From an archaeon (GTDB lineage Archaea; Nanobdellota; Nanobdellia; Pacearchaeales; GW2011-AR1): 64,000 bases of DNA. The translations under genes and the position numbers were made by a program. Under the pieces are notes generated by a model. The model ran no database searches, was not told the origin of the DNA, and saw nothing but the letters and a program-made list of their open reading frames with translations. Each line of letters begins with the position of its first letter. Within the stretch, counting starts at the first letter, position 1. Shown piece by piece: positions 35,817-43,491 of the stretch. Where the stretch lies: NCBI GenBank assembly GCA_027343665.1, contig DAHWKL010000001.1, forward strand, positions 386,278 through 450,277. The letters run 5' to 3'.

Positions 35817-36407
35817 TTAGAAGTTGTATTTTATTCCTGAAGACCACAAGAACTCTTTTGCCTGCTTCATATATCCGACTCCACCATAAGCAGAGAGATG
35901 TCCTGTCAGTCTGAAAGATTTGTTCATACCAAAGATATTTTCAGGCAGGAACTTTTGGTAACCAAGCAATGCGTAATAGAATTCATAAGAATTCACAATT
36001 ATCGTTGCTTGCTCATAGTTGAAACAGAAACGGATTTTAGGAGAAGTATTTCCGAGTTCTGGGTCCCCAAAGCTCCATCCGACCCAAATGAGCAGGCTCA
36101 AGTGGCCACTGAATAAATTCGCTGAAGTGACAGGAGCTATCCAAGCAACATTTTTGAAAAAACCAACCGTGGGACCCAAAGAAATGTTTCCGGTTATAGG
36201 ATGAAAGAAGAGCATCTCTCCTTGGACAGGATTGAAATCGAGAAACATTGAATTTCCCGAGCTATCCGAAACGGTTGCTGAGATATCAATGCCGTCCGAA
36301 AGAGGAGTTTTTCCAGTCTGAGCAGAAATTGTGTTAAGCCTCCAGTTTTGTGCATTTGCCATGGAGGTAAGAAGAATTGTTAGGACAAAATAAATGAGCG
36401 TTTTCAT
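35817..36407 (-). CDS. Secreted beta-barrel (bacterial outer-membrane-protein-like) protein
   Basis: Signal peptide MKTLIYFVLTILLTSMANAQ, amphipathic beta-strand pattern, and a C-terminal ...SSGIKYNF ending in Phe (OMP beta-signal-like). AAGGAG SD upstream. Confidence 0.5.
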   Translation of the reverse strand: MKTLIYFVLTILLTSMANAQNWRLNTISAQTGKTPLSDGIDISATVSDSSGNSMFLDFNPVQGEMLFFHPITGNISLGPTVGFFKNVAWIAPVTSANLFSGHLSLLIWVGWSFGDPELGNTSPKIRFCFNYEQATIIVNSYEFYYALLGYQKFLPENIFGMNKSFRLTGHLSAYGGVGYMKQAKEFLWSSGIKYNF

Positions 36408-36454
36408 TTTGTTTCTCCTTTTGTTTAAGAGTTCTTTAGTTAAGGGGTTAAAAA

Positions 36455-36649
36455 GGGTTTTCCAGTTTCTCCTCCAAAGAATCTGGGTATTTCATCTGGT
36501 TTATTTTTGTCAAAGAATAATTTTTGGGTATTTCAAGGGTATTTCAGAGTGTGTTTTAGCAACGACTCAAGAAGTCTTTCTCCCGAAACGGCTGTTTCAG
36601 GGTTTTTCATTTGTCTTTCAAGCCTTTTTCGGCCCAAAAGGTTTTTTCA
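36455..36649. repeat. Iteron-like array: six same-orientation copies of GGGTWTTYCA
   Basis: Copies start at 36455 (GGGTTTTCCA), 36485, 36526 and 36537 (all three GGGTATTTCA; the last two are tandem with 11-bp spacing), 36600 (GGGTTTTTCA) and 36640 (GGTTTTTTCA). Confidence 0.55.
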
Positions 36650-36738
36650 GACAAGATAGAAAATCTTAAAATCAAAACTTTTTTAGAATTTTAATTTTTG
36701 TCAATTTTCTAGTTGCTTTGTTTTTTGTTTTTTTGGTG

Positions 36739-38703
36739 TTAAGGTTGTGAATATGAATCTGAAATTTTAAGGAGCTTTCTCCATCCTTTGCTGCTCCTCT
36801 CTTCTTTCTGGACAATTATACCTTTTTCTACAAGTTTGTCTTTTATAACATTTCCCTTTCTTGAAGATAAACCTACAGCTTTGTACAATTCAACTGTCGA
36901 TAAATTATGAGTGGGATTCTCCACGAGGAAATTTATGAGGGTGGTCTCTTCGGGAGAAAATGAACTGTTGGGAACGGATATTGTATCTATAGGAATGTCG
37001 GACTTATCTGATTTGAAACTCTTGATATCCATATTTTCAGCTAATATTTTATTCATGACTATAAGAACATCTTTTTTTGTATAATATCCTGAAGATACTC
37101 CTGAATCAAGAAGTTTTTCAACTTCCAAAAGGTTCAGTCTCTCTTTTGATTTTTTAGATGCAAAATCATAGAGAATCTTCTGAGTTTTTGAAAGCAAGCT
37201 TCCTATAACTACTTCTTCCTTCCTGGACTTTTCGGCTTTAATAATGGGTTTTCCAGGAGTTTCATTCTCAACTTCCCTGCCATTAAAAACTATTTTCTCT
37301 TTGAATTTTGGATCACTTTTTTCTGTTTCAGCAACTTCAGCCACAAATTCCATCTTGCTTTTTATTTTCTCTGAAGTAAGCGAGAGATTTCTCAGTTCGT
37401 CGAAAGGAACTTCGATCAGGAAAGGAGAGGTATATCTCTCTGAAAGTTTTACAATAGCAGATCCGACCTTTAACTCATTGAATATATCCATTTTATCCTT
37501 TAACCTCATCAGAGAGCTGACTTCTTCAACATCTGACGGAAGTTGCTGCTGGAAAGCGATATGACAAGCACTGTTTCCCACAACAGTATCTGAGAGTTTC
37601 GAGATATGTTGATCCAAACAGATTAAGCTTGTCCCGTATTCACGCATCTCTCTATAGACCATATCCGTAACAGACTCGGACATGAAATTTGTATCTTTTT
37701 TAAGAAAGATGTTATGAGCTTCGTCCACAAGGATCGCATTTTTGAATTCTCCGTTTGATTTAATCTCTCCTGCTTTCTTCAGCTTAAAGGTATAAGTCAG
37801 AAGATATTCACAGAAAAATTTCTTCTCAATATTTGAAAGGGAATTCAACTCAAAAATTACCTGTTTATTAAAAAGCTCTTCTATTGAGATGCTTTTTTTT
37901 CCGTCGTAGTTCACAACTTTTCCGAAATCGCCAAAGGTCAATACGGTCGCAATCCTAAGAGCACTCTCATACCAACCGGTCTCTCTTCCTTTTGAATCTC
38001 TTGCTTTGATTTCAAGCATTTTCTTCACATGCTCCCAATTAGGGTATAAATCTGAACCTTGGTAAACCCCCCACCCTTCAAAAGTTTCATCAAGTGTCTC
38101 AAGAAGAATTTTATGAACTCCAAAGGAAACATTAAAGGTTTCGGTGAGCAAGTCACAAAGAACATTTATCCATTCTTTAGGACTTACCCCATTCGGGGGC
38201 CGGTTTATATTAGTCTTAAAAAAGTTGCTTATCTGATTGTTTCCTACTGTGAAACACATGACTGACGGATTCACCTCAAGAAGTGGCCTGAAGCTTTTTT
38301 TCCAGTCAAAGACCATGAATGGCTTCTCTTTTCTCAGGAAATTTTTAAGAATATTCAAGGCAAGGGTCGTCTTCCCGCTCCCACTCATTCCCGTTATGCA
38401 AATATGCCTTGGCCAATCTTTCTCCCTTAAAGAAAAGTCAAATAATTTTTTTCCCGCATAACTAACTTTAGCTAAAGGGTATTCCCCGTCAAACGAGCCT
38501 TCTGAAGGCGGTTCTAAGGAAAAATCCTTATCAAGGAGTTTTGAAAGATGCCTCTGATAAAGAGAAGACAATATCTGAAAGATTTCATTTTTCTCTTCAT
38601 TATCTTCACTGTTCATGTACCTGAAATAAATTTCATCAATTTTGCTCCCAAGTATAGGCTTTAATTTTCTTGCCAGATCTTCGACGGAAATTCGTGTTTG
38701 CAT
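36739..38703 (-). CDS. FtsK/HerA-superfamily P-loop ATPase (DUF87/T4CP-like) with possible C-terminal winged-helix region
   Basis: 654 aa with Walker A ITGMSGSGKTT, FDWKKSF, and Walker B AILVDEAHNIF. The C-terminal LSTVELYKAVGLSSRKGNVIKDKLVEKGII reads as a possible HTH pattern. There is a 1-nt gap to the upstream gene. Confidence 0.65.
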   Translation of the reverse strand: MQTRISVEDLARKLKPILGSKIDEIYFRYMNSEDNEEKNEIFQILSSLYQRHLSKLLDKDFSLEPPSEGSFDGEYPLAKVSYAGKKLFDFSLREKDWPRHICITGMSGSGKTTLALNILKNFLRKEKPFMVFDWKKSFRPLLEVNPSVMCFTVGNNQISNFFKTNINRPPNGVSPKEWINVLCDLLTETFNVSFGVHKILLETLDETFEGWGVYQGSDLYPNWEHVKKMLEIKARDSKGRETGWYESALRIATVLTFGDFGKVVNYDGKKSISIEELFNKQVIFELNSLSNIEKKFFCEYLLTYTFKLKKAGEIKSNGEFKNAILVDEAHNIFLKKDTNFMSESVTDMVYREMREYGTSLICLDQHISKLSDTVVGNSACHIAFQQQLPSDVEEVSSLMRLKDKMDIFNELKVGSAIVKLSERYTSPFLIEVPFDELRNLSLTSEKIKSKMEFVAEVAETEKSDPKFKEKIVFNGREVENETPGKPIIKAEKSRKEEVVIGSLLSKTQKILYDFASKKSKERLNLLEVEKLLDSGVSSGYYTKKDVLIVMNKILAENMDIKSFKSDKSDIPIDTISVPNSSFSPEETTLINFLVENPTHNLSTVELYKAVGLSSRKGNVIKDKLVEKGIIVQKEERSSKGWRKLLKISDSYSQP

Positions 38704-38704
38704 T

Positions 38705-39202
38705 TTATGCTGTGACCTCCCTTAAAATTTTCTGAAGCTTAGAAGGGATATAAAATTTAACATTATAACTCCCAAGTCCATAACGCGCATTAACTTTCTT
38801 AAAAGACTGCCTGGGCTTGAATGATCCTCCATCACCATTCCTAGACGCGAGAAGCAACGGATTTTGCCTTACGACAACTGCAGCGTGATACACCTCCCCC
38901 AGGGTCTCCCATGCTACAAGATAACCCCGCCTTGGAGAATCTGCCTCAGGGAGATAATCAAAAAACCCATGCTTCGGACCATCATAAACAAAACCATCTT
39001 TATCTACTTCACCTACAAGATAAAGTGCAGTCCCTATGCAATTTCTCTTTCCTTTGGTCTTTACAGCTTTCTTCCTTCTCTGATCAAGTTCAGAATAAAA
39101 ATATTCTATATCCTCGTTTGTATGAATATAACCATTCCCTTCCCAAATTGATATTAAAGGAAAGCGATTTTTTATTTGACTGTAAATATCTCTTATTTTC
39201 AT
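38705..39202 (-). CDS. Hypothetical protein with Cys/His pair (possible papain-fold/NlpC-P60-like hydrolase)
   Basis: About 165 aa from the ATG at 39202 (the track start is TTG). It contains NCIGTALYLVG ... EVYHAAVVV. Assignment of the fold is speculative. Confidence 0.35.
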   Translation of the reverse strand: MKIRDIYSQIKNRFPLISIWEGNGYIHTNEDIEYFYSELDQRRKKAVKTKGKRNCIGTALYLVGEVDKDGFVYDGPKHGFFDYLPEADSPRRGYLVAWETLGEVYHAAVVVRQNPLLLASRNGDGGSFKPRQSFKKVNARYGLGSYNVKFYIPSKLQKILREVTA

Positions 39203-39203
39203 T

Positions 39204-39770
39204 TTATTCTTTATGCCCCCCAATTTTCACAAAATCATACATACTTTCTGGAAAAAGTGAAACATCAAAACCCTTACTTTCTAAATCTTTTCTCACGGAT
39301 TTATAAGAATCATTTGCCTTTTCAAGATCATTTATCTTCATAATCTTATTCATCGCTCTTGAATCAGATACATAATCTGGTTTAATATCACCCACAAACA
39401 TCCCTGAAAAATGGTTAGCGCTCTTTGCTAATTCTCCATTAGGAATGAGATTAACTTTTGCATTTGCGCATTCAAAAGAATCTGTCAAGTCAAAAGATAG
39501 CCTCTCCAGATCTGAAGGAAGAAGGGACAAACCAATAGGAAACCCATCAAATAACATCCCCCTATTCCTAAGGATCTCAAAAGTATTCCTATATTCTGAA
39601 AAAAAATTATTCTTAAACAACCTTAATTGATCCCCTCTTAATTCAGATTTACCAGAACAAGCTTCTGAGATCATTTTTGAAAAACTGATTAAACTGCCTT
39701 CAAGAAAATCCTGAGCAATTGCCCGCAACCTTTTAGAATTATAACCTAAATCAGACTGTTCAGACTCCAT
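39204..39770 (-). CDS. Hypothetical protein (188 aa), no recognisable domain
   Basis: The ATG at 39770 (MESEQSD...) overlaps the upstream gene by 11 nt and has a GGTGGTGA SD-like sequence. A longer alternative start lies at 39836. Confidence 0.4.
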   Translation of the reverse strand: MESEQSDLGYNSKRLRAIAQDFLEGSLISFSKMISEACSGKSELRGDQLRLFKNNFFSEYRNTFEILRNRGMLFDGFPIGLSLLPSDLERLSFDLTDSFECANAKVNLIPNGELAKSANHFSGMFVGDIKPDYVSDSRAMNKIMKINDLEKANDSYKSVRKDLESKGFDVSLFPESMYDFVKIGGHKE

Positions 39771-40224
39771 CTTCACCACCCAATATCCTTTCAAAAACTT
39801 TTGCCCTTTCTTCTTTCTCGTTGAGCTCTCTCTCATACTCCCTTAGTTCTTTCTTCAAAAGTGCGATATCTTTCCAGCAGCTTATCTTTTCATTCATCTG
39901 AAGTTCCGATATTTCTATCCTCTTATATCTCAGACTGTCTTTCTCTTTTACCACATCCTGAGAAGCTATCTGCATCCTTTCATTTTCGGCAAGATACACA
40001 TTTATTTCAGACTTAAGGGATTCTCCTTCTTCGTGAATCTTCCTACTTAATTTCTCTCTTCCTTTTATCATCTCATGAATTTCTTCAATTAGAGTTTTCA
40101 AAGCTTCGATCTTTGAGTTGCCTAATTCTCCAACAATTGCCTTCTCCGAAGGTATTTCATGGTTTTTCCAGTCTTGCAACTCTGAAAAATCCTGTTTTAG
40201 GGTGTTTTTCACATCAAATTCCAT
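39760..40224 (-). CDS. Coiled-coil protein (about 154 aa), first gene of the ATPase operon
   Basis: Heptad-rich sequence (EALKTLIEEIHEMIKGREKLSRKIHEEGESLKSEI...). ATG at 40224; the track start at 40236 is GTG. Confidence 0.45.
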   Translation of the reverse strand: MEFDVKNTLKQDFSELQDWKNHEIPSEKAIVGELGNSKIEALKTLIEEIHEMIKGREKLSRKIHEEGESLKSEINVYLAENERMQIASQDVVKEKDSLRYKRIEISELQMNEKISCWKDIALLKKELREYERELNEKEERAKVFERILGGEDGV

Positions 40225-40247
40225 AATCTTTACCACTTAGCAGTTAC

Positions 40248-40254
40248 TTATAAA
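40248..40254 (-). promoter_or_regulatory. Candidate archaeal TATA box for the 40224-36739 operon
   Basis: The minus strand reads TTTATAA 24-30 nt upstream of the ATG, consistent with a leaderless or short-leader archaeal promoter. Confidence 0.3.
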
Positions 40255-40309
40255 CTTTTCTACTTTGTTATAACTGACAAAAGGTGAAATTTCTGAAAAA
40301 GAAAACGAA

Positions 40310-40392
40310 TGTGGGTGCTAGGATTCGAACCTAGGTAAGGATGAACCAACAGATTTTGAGTCTGTCCCGTTTGACCACTCCGGCACACCCAC
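40310..40392 (-). tRNA. tRNA-Leu (anticodon CAA)
   Basis: The reverse complement reads GTGGGTGTGCCGGAGTGGTCAAACGGG-ACAGA-CTCAAAA-TCTGT-TGGTTCATCCTTACC-TAGGTTCGAATCCTAGCACCCACA. Outside the anticodon arm it is identical to the tRNA-Leu at 25272 except for 1 nt. Confidence 0.8.
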
Positions 40393-40549
40393 ATTATCTG
40401 TGTGACTGTGAGCTCATAACTCCTGAACTCCAGGCACACTTTATTACGGAATTTTTATAACACAAACATTTATAAAATAAACTAATTTTGGAATTTCACC
40501 TGCGAGTAAAAAGCGCATAGCGGGAAAAACTTTTTCTCGTTAAGCTACA

Positions 40550-40912
40550 ATGAAATCAAAGACTAAAATAGAAGTACAGTTAAGGAAAAAGACCAATCCA
40601 GAATTAGTCGAGACTATAATCCTTGCAAAAAAAAGGCCTGAATGGAAAGAAGTTGCCAGCATACTTGCAGGATCGCGTAAGAAAAGAAAAGATATGAATT
40701 TAGCTTCCATAAATGAACTGGGAGTAGACTCCGTCGTTATATGCGGAAAAGTGCTCGGGGATGGAGAGATTACAAAAAAAGTTAAAATTGCCGCACTTGG
40801 ATTTTCACAAAAAGCCAAAGAAAAGCTCAAAATAGCAGGCTGTGAAATGAAAACAATCCTTGAAGAGATTAATTCAAACAAAAATGCTAAGGGGGTCACA
40901 ATAATAAAATGA
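40550..40912 (+). CDS. rpl18e: 50S ribosomal protein L18e
   Basis: 120 aa. RKKTNPELVETIILAKK...KVLGDGEITKKVKIAALGFSQKAKEKL matches L18e. Confidence 0.8.
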   Translation: MKSKTKIEVQLRKKTNPELVETIILAKKRPEWKEVASILAGSRKKRKDMNLASINELGVDSVVICGKVLGDGEITKKVKIAALGFSQKAKEKLKIAGCEMKTILEEINSNKNAKGVTIIK

Positions 40913-41301
40913 AGGTAGTAGAAGGGAAAGGGGCTGCTTTAGGAAGACTTGCAAGCTTTGCCGCAAAAGAAGCGCTGAAAGGCGAGGAAATCCTGATTGT
41001 CAACTGTGATGAAGTTATAATTACAGGAAATTTCAAAGCGACAAGAAAGAACTTCGATGAAAAAAGGAGCAGAATAGGAAGCAGTCAAAAAGGTCCGAAA
41101 CATCCTGCAACATCAGAAAAGATAGTAAAAAGAGCTATAAGAGGGATGATTCCGGATACAAGAATGGGAAGAGGAAAAGAAGCATTTAAGAGGATAAAAT
41201 GCTACAATAAAATTCCAAAAGAGCTTGAGAATTCAAAATTCTTAGAGATTCACAATGAGAAAAAGATTAAGTATTCAATGGTAAAGGAGTTTACAAAGTA
41301 A
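40909..41301 (+). CDS. rpl13: 50S ribosomal protein L13 (uL13)
   Basis: GAALGRLASFAAKEALKGEEILIVNCDEVIITG; ATGA overlap with L18e. Confidence 0.8.
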   Translation: MKVVEGKGAALGRLASFAAKEALKGEEILIVNCDEVIITGNFKATRKNFDEKRSRIGSSQKGPKHPATSEKIVKRAIRGMIPDTRMGRGKEAFKRIKCYNKIPKELENSKFLEIHNEKKIKYSMVKEFTK

Positions 41302-41302
41302 A

Positions 41303-41707
41303 ATGAACGGGAAAATTTATGCATCAGGAAAAAGAAAAGAAGCTGTCGCAAAAGCGGAAATTTCGGCGGGAAAAGGAAAGATCACTTTCAATGGGAGAGA
41401 TTACAAAAACCTCGAACTTTTTGACAGACTAAAGATAGAAGAGCCGATAAGGATCGCGCAGAATGTTCTGGGAAAAGCAGATTTTGACATAGAGATTCTT
41501 GTTCAGGGTGGCGGCTCAAAAGGCCAGATCGATGCTGCAAGACTTGCAGCTGCAAAGGCGATTGTACAGATAACGAAGTCTGAAGAACTCAAGCAAGCTT
41601 ACTTGGACTATGACAGAAATCTTCTCGTTGCTGATGTAAGAAGGAAAGAAACCAGAAAACCAGGTGATTCAAAGGCGAGAGCAAAGAGACAAACTTCTTA
41701 CAGATAA
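41303..41707 (+). CDS. rps9: 30S ribosomal protein S9 (uS9)
   Basis: GKRKEAVAKA...QGGGSKGQIDAARLAAAKA...RRKETRKPG...KRQTSYR. Confidence 0.85.
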   Translation: MNGKIYASGKRKEAVAKAEISAGKGKITFNGRDYKNLELFDRLKIEEPIRIAQNVLGKADFDIEILVQGGGSKGQIDAARLAAAKAIVQITKSEELKQAYLDYDRNLLVADVRRKETRKPGDSKARAKRQTSYR

Positions 41708-41755
41708 CTTCTCGACTTGGATTAAGTTTAAATAATCTCATTTTCAGAGAGTAAG

Positions 41756-42109
41756 ATGGGAAGATATTTTGACGATGAATTTAATGATGTGAAATTTTCT
41801 GTAAGATACAAAGAGAAAAATTCATGGCTCCCAAGAAGAGATCAATTACTAGATGGGAAGACACTGGGAGAGATTAGAAGATATTTTGAGACAATAGGGA
41901 GGGAAGACCTTTTCGGAGAGTCTGAAAGATATGAAAGAGTGTCCAAAGTGGAAGAAAGTATGTTCGGCATAGATTACACTGTCCTTAGTTATCCTGCCTT
42001 AGGTAGTGATAAAGCAAATTCTCCAAATCAATTTGAGAGACACAAGCCAAGAGAAACGAGGTATTTTGTCACACCAAGAAGATTTCCATGGAAAATTTCC
42101 GGCAATTAA
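41756..42109 (+). CDS. Hypothetical protein (117 aa)
   Basis: ATG-initiated ORF with no recognisable motif. Confidence 0.35.
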   Translation: MGRYFDDEFNDVKFSVRYKEKNSWLPRRDQLLDGKTLGEIRRYFETIGREDLFGESERYERVSKVEESMFGIDYTVLSYPALGSDKANSPNQFERHKPRETRYFVTPRRFPWKISGN

Positions 42110-42532
42110 TTATTTTTTTATACCATTTCTTTCCAGTTTGTCCTGCACATGGTTGAAGAGCGTTGACGAAACTAATGGATCATGATTACCATCATGCACC
42201 ACGCCATCAAATTTTATTTTTCCAAGATAAGTGAAATTCCTTAATACTTTTTTTATCCCGTTAACAGAAAATCCATACTTTTTTGCGAGCTTGTTCAGAC
42301 TGATATTAGTATCCTGAAAATCCAAAAAAATATTTTCAACAATCGGAGAACTTTCAGATTTTTCAAGGAGTCCTTCAACAATTTTGTATCCAAAAGGAGC
42401 TCGGGAAACCGCATGGCCACTTTTTGCCCTTGACTCCATACCTTTTTTCAATTTTTCTTTTTCAAATCTTAAGAGTTCGATCTCCCTTTTAAGTTTCTCA
42501 TTCTCTTTTTTCAGCTCTTCATTCTCGTTCAT
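42110..42532 (-). CDS. Coiled-coil + serine-recombinase 'Recombinase' domain protein lacking the catalytic resolvase domain
   Basis: 140 aa. The N-terminal 30 aa are heptad-rich (EELKKENEKLKREIELLRFEKEKLKK). This is followed by APFGYKIVEG..., IVENIFLDF, SLNKLAKKYG and VLRNFTYLGKIKF, which match the Recombinase DNA-binding domain. It overlaps xerA by 14 nt. Confidence 0.55.
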   Translation of the reverse strand: MNENEELKKENEKLKREIELLRFEKEKLKKGMESRAKSGHAVSRAPFGYKIVEGLLEKSESSPIVENIFLDFQDTNISLNKLAKKYGFSVNGIKKVLRNFTYLGKIKFDGVVHDGNHDPLVSSTLFNHVQDKLERNGIKK

Positions 42533-43364
42533 TTTCTAAAGTGTCTATCGGACTTTTTATTTTTTTCAAAGACTCCGGCGAAACATGTGTATAAAGCTCC
42601 GTTGTGGAAATTGAACTGTGACCCAAAAGTTGCTGGATGAATCTGATATCAGTTCCATCCTCCAGTAAATGGGTTGCAAAAGAATGCCTTAATGTATGGC
42701 AGTGAACATCTTTTTTTATACCGGCCTTTCTTGCTGCCAGTTTGACAATTTTCTGAAGATTTCTCGAGGACATCCTCCTTCCTCCTCTGCCGGGAAAAAG
42801 ATATTTTTCACCAACTGCTTGCTGCTTTTCAGAATGCTTCTTTAACCGGACAAAAAGAAACTTTGGAATATTAAAAGCCCTATCTTTTTTTCCTTTTGCC
42901 TGTTTAATCATACCAGTCTTTTCCTCAAAATTAATATCTGCAATCTTCAGAGAGGCAACTTCAGAAACCCTCATTCCGGCAGCATACATCAAAGAGATCA
43001 TAAGCCTCGATTTCCTTGTATTAAGAGCGTCAAAAAGGTCAAGAACTTCTTTTTTTGTCAAAACAACAGGAATTCTTTTCTCTCTTTTCGGACGTCTAAT
43101 ATTTGCTGTCAAATCTTTTTTTAGAATGTTAGATGTTGAAAATTTCAGAGCTGCGAGGAACATGATTATAGAAATTGCTGATTTCTCAGAAAGATTTTCT
43201 GCTATATAATTTTTGATATCATCTTCCGTAACTTCATCCGGCTCCTTTTTTACAAAGTTCAGAAACAATTCGTTGAAATTAAGATAATTCTTCAAAGTAT
43301 ATTCTGAATTTTTTGATATTTTAAGCTCTACTTCAAGCTTTTTCAAAAATTCTTCTTTTTTCAT
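42519..43364 (-). CDS. xerA: Tyrosine recombinase, XerA/XerC/D-like
   Basis: 281 aa with ...MRVSEVASLK..., HTLRHSFATHLLEDGTDIRFIQQLLGHSSISTTELYTHV (the R..HxxR..Y catalytic set). Confidence 0.8.
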   Translation of the reverse strand: MKKEEFLKKLEVELKISKNSEYTLKNYLNFNELFLNFVKKEPDEVTEDDIKNYIAENLSEKSAISIIMFLAALKFSTSNILKKDLTANIRRPKREKRIPVVLTKKEVLDLFDALNTRKSRLMISLMYAAGMRVSEVASLKIADINFEEKTGMIKQAKGKKDRAFNIPKFLFVRLKKHSEKQQAVGEKYLFPGRGGRRMSSRNLQKIVKLAARKAGIKKDVHCHTLRHSFATHLLEDGTDIRFIQQLLGHSSISTTELYTHVSPESLKKIKSPIDTLENERE

Positions 43365-43491
43365 AAACCCCTTTAACCCAATAGGATTATACGAACTTTG
43401 TTTAAATAATTTTTCAATTGATAGATTTAAATAAGATAAAAACCTTTATAGTTAATCGAGGGTTCTCGAGAATTAAAGCACGGGAGGTAAA

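Larger units (their letters stand above)
29900..40309. mobile_element. About 10.4 kb genomic island inserted between rpoD and tRNA-Leu(CAA)/L18e; composite (GC-richer left half, host-like right half)
   Basis: It interrupts the conserved S11-RpoD|L18e-L13-S9 order. All island genes are on the minus strand. The right border is the 3' end of a tRNA. It carries a HerA/FtsK ATPase and many small putative wHTH genes. No integrase or att repeat was seen. Confidence 0.55.

Noticed and set aside
36394-36669. 91 aa plus-strand ORF and short minus-strand ORFs (MKYPDSLEEKLENPF, MKNPETAV...) across the iteron region.
   Set aside because: Their apparent starts are created by the repeat unit itself (ATGAAAWACCC). 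No SD or domain signal is present, so the region is better explained as non-coding repeats.
40540-40899. 119 aa minus-strand ORF overlapping L18e.
   Set aside because: It is antisense to a clearly recognisable ribosomal protein gene.
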